Assembly (NCBI RefSeq): GCF_036321535.1
Contig: NC_087452.1
Location: 31,682,001-31,746,000 of the forward strand
Reading direction: 5' to 3'
Length of the DNA: 64,000 bases
From: Camelus dromedarius
Taxonomy: Eukaryota
In this document: positions 38,424 to 58,870 of the stretch, in pieces
How the letters are laid out: every line of letters begins with the position of its first letter
How positions within the stretch are numbered: position 1 is the first letter of the stretch
The notes under the pieces: generated by a model
The model's input: the letters and a program-made list of their open reading frames with translations, nothing else
What the model was told of the DNA's origin: nothing
Databases searched by the model: none
Program-made: the position numbers and the translations under genes

Positions 38424-38751
38424 TGCATAATAACAAATGTGGGTGAGGTAAGAAGAGGAATGTGAGAACTGATTAAGGTGGAAGGATCTCGGTGGAAAAA
38501 GAAGAGAAGAAAGAGCCCTTTGAGAATCAGGCAGAAAGAGCAGAGATGCTCTCATAGCCCCAGACATGCTCCACGGTTGGCACCAAGACTCCGCTCTGTC
38601 CTCATGTTCCCCTGGGACTTCTCTCTCCTTGGTTCAGAATCTCACTGCTGGCGCCCCTGTCTCACAGTCCCAAAGTGTTCTCGCCCCCAAACCGGATGGA
38701 GGAGCACAGCTTCGTACCCAAATGTGCTTGGCAGCGACTACTCAGAAACTG

Positions 38752-41700
38752 TTACTTGGACTTTTTGCAGCACTTAGTGATTTTGACATCCTTGGATTGC
38801 CAGGAGTGGCCCCTCCTGCCACCAGAGGACTCTGGTTTTTCTAATAAGGAAGGTTCTGGCCAATCAGTCCAAGAAGGGCCTGGATTCTCTTCTAGGCTGA
38901 TGTCTCTGCGGAAATGCTCCCTGGAGTGGAAGGTGCTGCTGCAACAGGGTATGTCACCTAAGTTTTCAGGTGTGTAGTCTGCGGTGAAAGAAAGGTAGGA
39001 AAGGAAAACTCGGTCTCTCTCCCAGGTACAGGTCCTTAAGCCCCTCCCTAGCTGCTTTCCTTCCCAAACTAAAGGCACCAACCAAAAGTCCCCATCTGGT
39101 AGCACAGCCTCCTCCTTTCCCAGGCACCGCAAGCCCCACTCCAGTTCTCAGACCAGACCGTCCCTCCAGTCCCACCTGTGGCTCCAGCAGAAGGTGCACA
39201 CTCCTCACACTCCCATTTCTTACAGTTGGATCTGAGAAAGGAGCAGTCCCTATGGGTCCCGTGGGATCCACATGTACAACACAGAATGAGGCGCCACCTC
39301 CTACAGGAAGAGCCAAGGGAAGGTTGTGGGACAAAAGTAACAGCACAGCCACTCGCAAGGTAGACTTGGGAAGGAACTGGCCTGAGCACTGCTCACTGGG
39401 CACAAGGGGAGCAGATCCTGCAGAGAGATCTGTTCTCTGTACATGAGTGAGTCCTGGGCGGGTCAAGGATGGGAGCTAGCAATTGTGCTCACCCTGAGGT
39501 CTGCAGACATAAGTGCGTTTTTTGCTCCTAATAAATGTGCCAAGGTCTAAGATGGCCCTTATGATGAGAGATCTTTCTAGCCAAGAGCCTTTCCCTACCC
39601 TTCGTCCTCAAAGCTGTCTCTTCCTTGTTCATACAGACACATGGGAGCATCACAATGCCGATAGCGCTGATAAAGCTCTGAGAAAGCCCCTGGCTCAAGT
39701 TCCCAGGCAGCATCTCTGCAGTGGGAGAAGAAACAGTGAGTAAGGGACACGTAACTGGTTGGTAAAACCTTTGTCCACCTGGGAGGAATGAAGGAGAACT
39801 CAAGCTGGTCCAGCAACAAGTTCAACAGGCTGCCTGAATGCTTTCAACATGGTGGGGTGAGAGGCCTGGCAGTGGGAGAGGCTTGAGGCAGATGAGTGGA
39901 ACACTGGGGTTCCTTCGTCCCATAGCGGCATTCAAGAACTCAAGGGATTCTGACCCCCAAAGCATCCTTTTCAGAAACATGTCTACCCACCACCCCAGCA
40001 CCCTTTCTTTTCTTTTGATAGTTGAAAAGCTTTCTCTGCACCCTCCCCTCTTCTTTGTATATCAGTGCCTCTGCTGCTGCGTCATTCTCTGAACCATCCT
40101 TACATCCATCTCCTCTCTAGGAATCTAGGCAACCCACTCCCTGGCTCAGTTCCTGCCCTAGAGTTTCCACTACCTGTCTGGAATATGAATTCCCATTCTT
40201 AGCATTTCTTGAGGGAACTCTTCTCGATTGTTACATTGCGGACATTTGAAGAAATGCTTTGCTGATGTATGGGCATATTTCTGTAAGAGAAACAAGGAAG
40301 AGCTCTGTGTTTGTAAAAAGACTATCTTTGGTCCCGTCCCTTCCACCCCACCCTCACCTCACAAAGAGGATGCTGCTAAGAGAGCTTGACTGAGGGTTAC
40401 AAGCCAAGGAATTTGAACGGACTAGGGTGAGGCCTGCAAATCCAGGTGTCACACCAGGGACCTAAAGCTCCAGAGAGCACCCAGGAGTGCCTCAGCTGTC
40501 GCCTCCAGCCATGGGGCCCCACAGCACTTGACCCAGTAGGGCTCAGGTACCTGGATATATGTTTCTCTTTCCTTCCACCCTGGGAAGCATGGCTGAATTT
40601 GAGGCTAATTCACTCATTCTAGAACGAGCTTACTTGCTGTAGCCATCCTAAGGATTTTGTTGAGTTTAAATCTTATGGATAAGGTCCTATATATAGGTCA
40701 AGGAAGACCAGAGACCAGGCTGACTTTCTTCTGACTGCACACAGACCTCAGCATGGAGTGCAGAAGCTGAGGGAACCTGGGCCTTCCCAGGGTGCCTGGA
40801 ACTGGGCAGTCGTGGAAGGGCCCCCGGGGGGAGAAAGCCCCACCTGTATGCACTTGCGGTGGTAGACTGTTTGACTACAACACGGGCTCTGGATGTTTTC
40901 AACACTGGCTTGGGATAAGTCTTCACAACACAAGACACAGCTTTCCTTCCCCACATTCCCCCGTTGGATGTTCTGTGTTGGGCGATGTTTCCCACAAAAT
41001 GATCTGTGGCGGAGTAAACAGACTTGGTTTCTGGTTTGTCACTGATGCAGTTTTCCAGCTGCCCAGCCTAGGAAGGGCAATCAACCACCCAGGCCGGTGC
41101 CCAGTGAATGTCCACGCTCATGGGGAGGAGGAGGGGTGGAGTGAAGAATAGCCACATGCCTTCTCACAGCTGCTTTCCCACTGAGCAAAGCTCCCGGGAC
41201 CATCTCCACAGCCTTCCGTTCCTGAAAACCCCGCTTTGTTCGGAGCAGCTGTCTAAGAACCCAGCTGTTTGTAATTTAAGGAGGGGATGGGAAGCAAGAA
41301 GTAACCCCTGTGAAATCACCAAGTCAAGACACTGTTTCTCATTATCCAATGGAAGGACAGATTCTCGGCTGAATCCAAACAGGCCCGTGAGAACCGGACA
41401 CGGGATTTCGAGATGCTAAAAAAATTGCAAAAAAGCAAAAGGGCAGCCCAACTTCTCCCCTTTGTCACTCACTTGTACTCTCCAAAAAACTGTGAAAGGC
41501 AACCCCTTTCTTGGCCACAAGGAAGATGGAAGTTTCTGACGCACTGATCCTTCTGGCAGTTGATGGCAGCTCCCTTTTTCTTGCATACAAAGCAGATCTG
41601 CAAAATGAGATCCCAGGCAGTGCTCAGGGCCCCAGGACAGATGGACAGACACTCTGTGGCATATGGAACAGAAATTCTGTGACGCAACAGCCATTCCCTT

Positions 41701-44700
41701 TCTTCAGTGGACCTGGATGCTCTAGGGCACATGAAGCTGAGCTTCAGGCAGCACTGAACGTTTTTTGGTTTCTCAGGGGATGTTGTTCTCTCTTCTCACT
41801 TAGGACACTTTACCCTAGAGAAACATGGAACTTAAGAGAAGGACCAGTTGGGAAATCCAAGAGTTCTTTGCCTTCTAAACTAGCAACTAGGGAAAAGAAC
41901 AGAAACAGGGGCAACTGAATGAAGTACAAGAAGAGGCCAACCCCAAGGCCCCCATCTCAGGGGACTCTAACCTTCCTAGAAGCCCGGGCTGCCTCCTTTT
42001 TGATGTCTTCAGGCAGGAATCCATGGAAACCTTTGTTGGACAGGCCCCTCTGAAGCAGCTTGCTAGACAGGATCTAGAGGTGCAGAGAACCAGGCTGTCA
42101 GCACTGATGATGGGTGAAACAGTGCAGTGGGTGAGGATGATGCTGGGTAAGAAAGTTACAAACTAGAGCTTGGTGGAACATATATGCATTTATAGGGTAA
42201 TTCACTTAACAAAGGCTTACATAGCATATGTGTTGAGTGCTCTAAGTGCTTTTCAAATATTAACTCATTTAATCCCCGTAACAGCGTTAAGACGTCATCC
42301 CCATTTTATAGGAGACATTATGTGACTGGTTCAAGACCACAGAACTCCAGAACCCGGGCTCTTCCCCTTTTTGTGCTATGCTGCCTCTCATCTACCGAGG
42401 ACTGCTTTTGTGTGCCGAGCACTTGGGAGAACGACTCCCTGTGTACTGACTCATTTTCTGCTCACCACAACCCTGTGCTACAGACGCCACTGTGATCTTC
42501 ATCTTACAGAGGCCACCGAGGTGCAGCGCGGGAAGTGACATGGCTGGGGTCACACAGCAAGGGGATCAGCAGAGCTGCACTCACATCTGGGCCCACAGAA
42601 GCCACACTCACCCTCCCACGGTCCTGCCCCTCAGTATAGAATAAATACTCTTCTTTCAGTGTATTCTCTACAGAAAGGGAAACAGGGCTTTAAAATCTCC
42701 TGATTATAGTCATTCTGCCTTATAGGGGAAGGGAAGGAATTGAACTTTTCTTTAAAAACATACTTTAAAGGACCTTTTGTTTCTGAAAAGCCCCCAGTCT
42801 AGAATGGGAAATTAAGGATTAAGATGCTGAACTATTACATGCCCATGCACAATGAATGTGTACATACTTTGGAAGAACATCACACCTAAGCCTCACCCCT
42901 AGAAGCTTCCAAAAATATTAAGGAGGGTGCTGGACTTCCTGCAGTAATTACATGTAATGTGTATGGGGGCTGAGGTTATTTCATTTTAACATCATAGGAA
43001 GAGAGACCCTGCAAGGTTGCATGACTTGAGGATGCTTGGATTATAGCTATATGCTCCCAATTGGGCTTAAAACATCTATTTTAGCACTCTCTCAGGGTTT
43101 TATGATGATATGAGTGATTTCTATTTATACTTTTAAATATTAATGTTTTCTACAATAAACATGTATAATTTCTATAAACAGAAAAATGAGTAGTGAAAGA
43201 TTAAAAACAATCTAAATGTCCCTTAATAGCAGTTTAATACTTTTTGGCACACCTGCACCATGAAATACCAACTAGCTATTAAAAAAACTAGATCAATACG
43301 TTCTATATGGAAAGATCTCTAGATGGAAAGTATAAGAGGTAAAGAGAAGTTAAATACAAAACACTATGTATAGTATGTTTATTTTTATGTTGAAAATGTA
43401 TATGTTTATAAATGCATTGAAATTAAACAAGACCTAACAGCCTCAATGTCCATGAACAGATGACTGGATAAAGAAGATGTGGTATATTTATACAATGGAA
43501 TACTATTCAGCCATAAAAACCGACAACATAATGCCATTTGCAGCAACATGGATGTTCCTGGAGAATGTCATTCTAAGTGAAGTCAGCCAGAAAGAGAAAG
43601 AAAAATACCATATGAGATCGCTCATATGTGGAATCTAAAAAAAAAAAAAGAACATAAATACAAAACAGAAACAGACTCATAGACATAGAACACAAACTTG
43701 TGGTTGCCAAGGTGGGGGTGGGAAGGGATAGACTGGGAGTTCAAAATTTGTAGATACTGACAGGCATATGTAGAATAGATGAACAAAATTATACGGTATA
43801 GCACAGGGAAATATATACAAGATCTTCTGGTAGCTCACAGTGAAAAAAAGTGTGACAATGAATATATGTATGTTCATGTATAACTGAAAAATTGTGCTCT
43901 ACACTGGAATTTGACACAACATTGTAAAATGACTATAACTCAATAAAAAAAAGTTTAAAAAAAAGAATGGATAAAAAAAGGATAATATACCATGACCAAG
44001 TAGAGTTTGTACCAGAAATGGAACGTTAATTTAACATTAAAGTATTCAATCAGTGTAACAGACCACATTAACAAAATACAGGAGAAACATCATGATCATC
44101 TCAATAGATGCAGAAAAAACATGACAAAATTCAGCACACATCACAATACCCTCAGCAAACTAAAAATAAAAGGGAACATCTTTAATCTGATGAAAAGCAG
44201 CTAAGAAAAATCTACAGCTAATATCATATTTTAATGCTGAAAACTGGATGCTGTCCTCTGATGTTAGGAACAAGACAGGATATTCATTTACATAACTTGT
44301 ATTCAACACTAGATTGAAGGTCCTGGCTAGTACAATAAAGCAAGAAGAGGAACTGAAAGACAAAGATTGGAAAGAAAGAAGTAGAACTGCTTTTATTTCA
44401 CACATGATTGTATACACAGGAAATCCTAAGGCATTTACAAAAAATTTAAAAATAAAAACAGCTACTGAACTAATAAGTGGATTTAACAAGATTGAAGATA
44501 TAAAATCAATATACAAAAATAAATTGCATTTCTATTACCAGCAACAATCTTGAAAATGAAATTAAAAAATACGATTTATAGTAGCATAAAAATCACAAAA
44601 CATTTATGATTATGTTTAACAAAATATGTGCAAGATTTCTTCCCTAAAAAAAAATTGCTGAGATAATTTTAAAAGACCCAAATAAATGGGGAAATACATC

Positions 44701-47668
44701 ATGTCCATGGATTGGAATATTCAACATTGTTTGTCAATTCTTCCTAATTTTTAAAAAATTCTTCTTAAATTGATCTATAAATTCAAAGCAATCCCAATCC
44801 CAATCCCAACAGGCTTTTTGAAAGAAAAATTGACAAGCTAAATTTAAGATTTATATGGAAAAGGAAAGCACCTGATAGCCAAAACAATCTTGGAGAAGAC
44901 TGCAGAACTTAAAATACTTAATTTCAAGATTCTATAAAGCCACAATAATCAAAACAGTGTGGTACTGGTATAAGGATCGACACGCAGATCAATGACATAA
45001 AACAGATCATCCAGATCCACAGATACATGGTCAACTGATTTTGACACAGGCAGAGGTAAATTCAATGGGTAAGCAAAGATTTCTTGGGACACACTAACAA
45101 GCACTAACTGTAAAAGGAAAAATTGATAAACGGAACTTCATCACAATTAAAAACTTTTGTTCTTCAAAAGACATCATTAAGAAAATGAAAATGCAAATCA
45201 AAGACTGGGAGAAAATAGTCACAATACATATATCCAAAAAATTATTTGTAGCCAGAATATATAAAGAGTTCTTATAACTCAGTAAGACAAAACAACCCAA
45301 CTTTTAAAGTGGACAAAATATTTGTACAGACACTTTGCAAAAGAAAATATGTGAATGGCCAATAAGCACACAAAAAAGCAGCTCAATATTTTAGGTCATC
45401 AGAGAAACCCAGATTAAAACCACAATGGGATACCAATACACACCTAGTAGAATTAAATTAAAGAGACCGACAATATCAAGTCTGGACAAGAATATTGTGC
45501 AACTGGAAATCTCATAAATTGCTAGTGGCAATGAAAACTGGTACAACCACTTTGGAAAGTGATTTGGCAACTTCACATAAAGTTAAGCACATAGTAATTC
45601 CACTCCTAGACATTTGCCCAAGAGAAGTGAAACCCGTATTCACAAAAAATCTTGCAGATGAATGTTCATAGCAGCTTTATTCACAACAGCCCCCAAATGG
45701 AAACGATTCAAACGTCCATCAACAAGTGGGTAAATAAGCAAATTATAATATATTCCTACAGCAATAAAAAGGCACAAGCTACCGACACATGCAATGTGGA
45801 TAAATCTTCAAAACACTGTGTTGAGTGAAAGAAGCCAGATTCAGAAGAGTACAAATTGTATGTTTTCATTTATATGAAGTAAAAGAATAGGCAAAAGTAA
45901 TCTATCAATCAGAACAGTGATTATCTCTGAGGGAATTGACTGGAAGAGGGCAGGAGGGAACTTTCTGGGGTGATGGAAATATTTATTTTGATTGGAGCAG
46001 TGCTTATCAAAACTCATCAAGCTGTACACTTAAAATGGGTGCATTTTATAGCATGCAAATTATACCTAATAAAGAAAGAATACTAGGGGAAAAAACAACT
46101 GGAAGGACCTTTGGTAGCATTTGCTTCTGGGGAGAGGGAGGATTGGGAATATTGTTTTGGGAAGAGACTTTTTATTGCACATACTTTATGTCATTAGGAT
46201 TTTATATCAGGCACATATATCTTTAAAAATTAGATTTTAAAAGAAAAAAGCTATTAAGAAAAACAAGCAAACAGGGCAATGGATCTGAGGCTGGATGCAA
46301 AAACAAAGAATAGACTGTTCAGCAAAGCCACAGGACATTCAAAGCAAAGGAGTCCTTATACTCACAAGACAGAAATAATGCACACTGAGATTGTCTTTCT
46401 GAAGAAATTCCCCTAATTTTTCGGGATCCCCAGGTTCTTGAAGGCATAGCCGGCAAACTGGAAGAGAGAATGTTAAAAATTCATCTTGGGGTCATGACTC
46501 TCTAAGTACAAGGAGGAGTGGGGTATTGGGAAGTGAGTAATTTTGACAAGGAGGAGGCTGGGATGAAGTGTTATTTGATATCAATTAGGTTTTGTATCGT
46601 CTTGGCCATATTTGAAGAAGTTGGCTGCAACTGCTCACTTCGCATACTTTTGCCTCAACTGTCTTGAACTTTGGATATGACACTTAAAAATTACACACCC
46701 TGAGTTCTTCAGGATCTTAGAGAATCTGGGAAGGAATTGACAGTGAGAGGAACAAGTCTGCTGCCTACACGGGTGGCCTTTGCTAAGGAGGGGAGGCAGT
46801 GGCCAAACAGAACCTCCAGTCTTTCTTACCAGGCCCTGAAGAAGGCTTCCTCTCGGTTACCCTCCTTGTCTTGGCAGATTGTCTATACAGGAGATGAAAG
46901 AAGTACAAGGTAGTCTTTGAGGATCCTGTTGACACCTCTTGTACCATTTCCCTCAAAATGCCATCCATGGGTCTGATGAAGGACCAAAACATCTCAAGGC
47001 TAAGACATCGGTTTTCTTTTTCTCTTTCATATTTTTGAAAGCACAAAATATCCCACTGAATTATTTGAATTATGGGAGCTCATAGCCATCTTTCTTTTTG
47101 AGTGCCTGTAGTGACTAAATGAATGCAAAAGCAAACTCCATTGGACTCTTGTACTGTTTCTGCCACCTACTCTGAATCTCAGGTGGTACCATGTTCACAA
47201 GCATAATAAGATGATACCAAAATCAATTAAGAATTTTTTTATTGCTAAGCAATATTCTCGGCTCTTTACGTGTATTTGCCCAGTGAATCTACAGAATACT
47301 CTAAAAAGCAGGTGCTATTACTCTGTATTTTCCAGATGAGGAAATTCAGGCCTAAAGAAATGAAGTAACCAGTCCCAAGCCACCTAGTCAGCAAGTATTA
47401 GAGCCGGGATATGAATTTAGGCAGTGGGGTCCAGGGCCAGGACTTTGCCAGCAGGGACAGCCCTGGGAGGATAGGTTACTGGGCAGCTTTCAAGGGACCA
47501 CTGGTGTGTGCTTCCGCACTAACAAACCCTAGCCCCCAAGACTATCAAAAGGGACAAAAAGTGCTGCATGCACCACAGGCCATTGGATAATTCCTCCCAA
47601 ACTCTCTTATGTCGCCTACTCTACCTCAATCTTTGATGTTCCTTCTTCTTTTCTTTTATAGTCTTCAT
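38752..47668 (-). CDS. PHF7: PHD finger protein 7 (383 aa; ePHD/RING/PHD, testis-enriched), 10 coding exons
   Basis: Exons 47625-47668, 46830-46882, 46366-46457, 41972-42073, 41473-41597, 40844-41003, 40174-40280, 39599-39715, 39176-39300, 38752-38978; total 1152 nt. [50 protein letters not shown]...[10 protein letters not shown]. Confidence 0.97.
42200..42362 (-). mobile_element. MIR SINE fragment
   Basis: gtgctctaagtgctttcaaatattaactcatttaatccc...ccccattttatagg. Confidence 0.65.
43427..43965 (+). mobile_element. Relatively young, 5'-truncated L1 3' end (camelid-type) in a PHF7 intron
   Basis: Intact-looking 3' region cagatgactggataaagaagatgtggtat...gacacaacattgtaaaatgactataactcaataaaaaaa plus A-tail. 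Confidence 0.85.
43975..46075 (+). mobile_element. Old L1M ORF2 remnant plus 3' UTR (about 2.1 kb), antisense to PHF7
   Basis: catgatcatctcaatagatgcagaaaaa, aacaagacaggat, acagtgtggtactgg, ...aaaactcatcaagctgtacacttaaaatgggtgcattttat...aataaa; heavily mutated. Confidence 0.85.
47235..47430 (-). mobile_element. MIR SINE fragment
   Basis: ctctgtattttccagatgaggaaattcaggcctaaagaaatgaagtaacc..cccaagccacctag. Confidence 0.6.
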
Positions 47669-48806
47669 TCGCTGCTATCTCTCTCGCCTATCTTGAATTC
47701 TTCTATACTATTTTGAGTACAATACAGGCTCTTCCAGCTATAAATATAAATAAGTCAGCAATTTAATTCTATATTTGGTTATCAAGTTCCAGAGGGTCAA
47801 AGCAATAATGCACCTCACTTAGCCCCACCCATGTGACAGAATAAAAGGGACCCACCCAGTATCAATACTAGTAATAGCCAATAATTATTAAATAGTGTCA
47901 AGAACTGTTCTGAGTATTTTCATGTAACTCACAAAAACCCCATGCAATAGGTACCATTTAATCCCCATTTTCAAGATGAGGAGACTGAGGCACAGAGAGG
48001 TCACAGTAAGGCACTTGACCAAGATCAGAGTTACTGCTATCACACAGCAGTATGAGAACTTGGAACCATTGCTTAAACTGGCTAAATGATTCTTTGTTTC
48101 CTTTGTGCCTACTAAGCACTGTGAGGTAGCGCTCAGGAAAAACGGCTCCTTTTGCCCCCAAGTAAAGGTACCTTCATTCTCAGTAAAAGCTAGATTAGGT
48201 AGCTCTTTTCTAGAAAGAGGAGCCTGTGAGATTTTGGCTGCCTAAAGCAAGAACTCCCTCTAGTGAGAGAAAAGAGAGAACACTGACAAACCAGCCCTGG
48301 GCACGTATCACTTCTTTTCACCAGGATCAGATGGTCACTGAGGTTTGGCCCGTTCTCAACATTTGTCTGGATGTGAGCCAAGAATAAAAGGCCCCAGAGT
48401 GGAGCAGACACCCTGCCAGTCCTTCCTGTACCAATGTCAGCTGACTACAAGTTCACACAGTTTTCACTGGTTAAGGGGGAAATTCCTGAGTGGGAAGGGA
48501 GGCAAAAGAAATAAAATCCACTTCTATGAAGGAAGGACTGTGTCCAGTCAGGGGAGAGAAGGACAGCGTTTCTTAGGAGAGTTGAGTGAATTAAGTCACT
48601 CCATGGACACACATTCCTGCACCCATGTCCTCATGGCACAGCTGGAGAGTGTGAACATCTTTAGGGACCGTCAACTATTCTGCATGACTGTATCTACTCA
48701 GGCAACTAGCGGTTCAGAAAACTAAGGCTCTATCTCCTCTTCTAACCCATGAGTTGCACTTGCATTGGTAATGACACTGGATGGCTTCTTATTCAACAAA
48801 AGCACC
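47669..48806 (-). other. PHF7: PHF7 5' UTR splice: non-coding exon 1 donor at 48806/48805, exon 2 acceptor at 47738/47737
   Basis: Acceptor tttatatttatag|ctggaagagcc is clear. The donor ccag|gtgctt is weaker and is inferred. Confidence 0.55.
47880..48075 (-). mobile_element. MIR SINE fragment
   Basis: atccccattttcaagatgaggagactgaggcacagagagg. Confidence 0.75.
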
Positions 48807-50028
48807 TGGACAGGCTGGAAGAGGAGAGAGAAGGGCACGCATTGGGGGATCCACTTTAGCTGGCTACTGAGCGGTTCCGAGTCTGTGGGGGAATCCCGAC
48901 CATCTAGCAATAGAAACAAAACCTTGAAACTTCAATTCTTTGCATCGCTGGACCAAGACGTTCCTTGAATGAGATTCCGTGCACGCTGGTAGTTACAGGA
49001 AGACACAACAATCTTCAAAGCATGTGAGGAGGGACGTTGCAAATGCCGGCTTCTACAAGCAGCTCAGTCCGAGATTTCCTAACCGAGCAGATGCTCCCTT
49101 GAAACGGTTACCAAGTTGTTTCACTGGATAAGTGCTGGGTAAACAGCTTGTTGAGAAATTTTTAAATAAATAAGCTTGTTCGGCCCCGCCGCCGCAAGAA
49201 TAAACAATGATTTATTTGGGAAAATACGTGTCGGTGTGGCCACAACCGTCCCCCGGAGGTAACAGCTAGAGAAGGGGCTCAAGGAGCATCCCGCGGTTGC
49301 CAGACTAGGCTCATGTCGCGCCTGCTGGGCGGCTAGTGCGGGGCCGGGCTGGAGAGCTCCTCAGCCGCTCGCTCCTCAGGGTAGCGCACGGGCTGCCGCT
49401 CCCGGCCGGGGCCGCCCGCCCAGCTGTCACCGAGGGCGCCGCTGTCTCGGAGCTTTATTCGTTGTCACAAGCCGTGGTAGCTACCTCCCGGGCGGCCGCC
49501 CCGCGCGGTGACTGCGCCGGCGAAAAGGGCGAGCGCGCAAACCGGAGCCGGGTCACGCGCACTGAGACCCAGGGAGACTGCGGCCGCGGGAACCATTGCT
49601 CAGCTGACCGTTGGCAGACCGGGACCGCTAACGGCCGCGCGCCCGCCCCGCCCCTTCTCGCGCCATCCGCGCTATCGGCCCGCCCCTCACCTCGCCCCGC
49701 CCCTCACCTCGCCCCGCCCCGTCTCGCCCCGCCTTTTCCTCTCGCGCCACCGGCGCCCAACATCGCCCTCGCCCCGCCCCTTCCTCTCGCCCCGCCCTCC
49801 TGAGAGCGCGCTGGTGTCTGGAATCAAGCCCGCGGAAGACAGCCCAGAGGCGGGGCGGAGACCGTCGCGCTGTGGTGACGTACTGCCGCCGGCGCGAGCG
49901 GGTGACGCGACAGGGCCCGTTGTCTGTGTGTGGGGCTAGGGGCCCCGGGGGCGGCGGGGGCTCCCGGCGGGGGCGGCGGTGGGTCGGGAGGGCCTGGACA
50001 TGGCGCTGAGGGGCTGCCCCGCGGGAAG

Positions 50029-57628
<7,600 letters not shown>

Positions 57629-58864
57629 GGACCGCTGGCCCTGACTCTGCCACCTGCTCTTGCCGCATGGCCCTCCCCAGGGTCCCTCCGCTGCCCCACT
57701 CGCCCTCTTCCCAGTATTACTGAGTAGTTGCAGTCAGAGAGCCCAGACCTGGGGGATGGGAGCCAGGCTGGGATTCTCTGCATCGTGCTCCAGGGCTTGG
57801 CAGGGCAGGTTGGCCCTGTCATGCTCTGAAAGCAGCAGTTGGAGCTGGGCACAGTGAGGTGCTGCAGCTTCCTCCACAGCTGGCTGTGGAGCAGCAGGAC
57901 CTGTCCTTCCTGCCTGGGCAGCAGAATATATATTTTACCTACAGAGACGTCTATTTTTTTGGGCTCTAACCCATCTTGGCACCACTGTGTTGACATAGTC
58001 AGCTTTCTGACTCTGTGCTCTCTCCTAACAGCTGTCATCCTGAAGGGCCCAAGTCCCTGCATCATGCCAGGGTCACTACTGCAGGGTCACCACTGGGGGC
58101 CTGGGTGGGCAATGGGCCCTGCTGCTCTAGCCCATCATTAGTTGTCCCTGTTGCGAGGAAGCCAGGTTTACTCTTCATTCCTCCTGGGAGAGCTCCAAAC
58201 TCAGGGACCCGGCTGCTGGGCTAGACTAGGAGCAGGATGTCCCAGCAGGGATGGGATGAACAGCCTGCTGGGGTCCCATGGCCTGAGCAGAGAGGTGTTT
58301 GAACTATTTGGTGGCCTGTAAACTCCCTTCCTGACTCCAGCTGGGCTTGTCAAGACTTCTCTCTGGCAAGGCCCTGGGCTCTTTTGTCTTCAGTGTTGTG
58401 GCCCTAGCAAGGGGCCTGTCTTGGGCTCTATCCCTTGGCTGAGAGGAGCCTCTGCCCAGCCCCTCAGTATTACTGTGTCTCCCTCCTCTTAGGGACAGCA
58501 GAGATAGGGCTGCTTGCAGGAAGCTGGCACCACTCAGCTCTCCCTGCCATGCCAGCTTTCTCAGCCTCTGCAAGGCACTCAGGGTGGGGGGCAGCAGGAC
58601 CAAGACAACCAGTTGGAGCCCCCGTGTTCCCAGAGGGCCTGATGCCAAGGGCTAATGGGACCAGCACTGCTTTTGGAGCTCAGGCCCCAAATATAGCCTG
58701 ATGGCCTCTGGCAGGTGGCTTTGAAGGTGACCCAAGTACCTTCAAGGCCCCTTATCTGTACATAGTGATCAGGGTAGGGGTTGGCTGGCAGTTATGGTAG
58801 CTGCCTCTCTGCACTGAGCACAGCCTGACCCCTCCGGCCCCTGTAAATATCAGATCAATGAATG

Positions 58865-58870
58865 AATAAA
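58865..58870 (+). terminator. BAP1 polyadenylation signal AATAAA
   Basis: AATAAA about 1.24 kb after the stop, with UGUA elements upstream and a GT-rich tract downstream. Confidence 0.85.
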
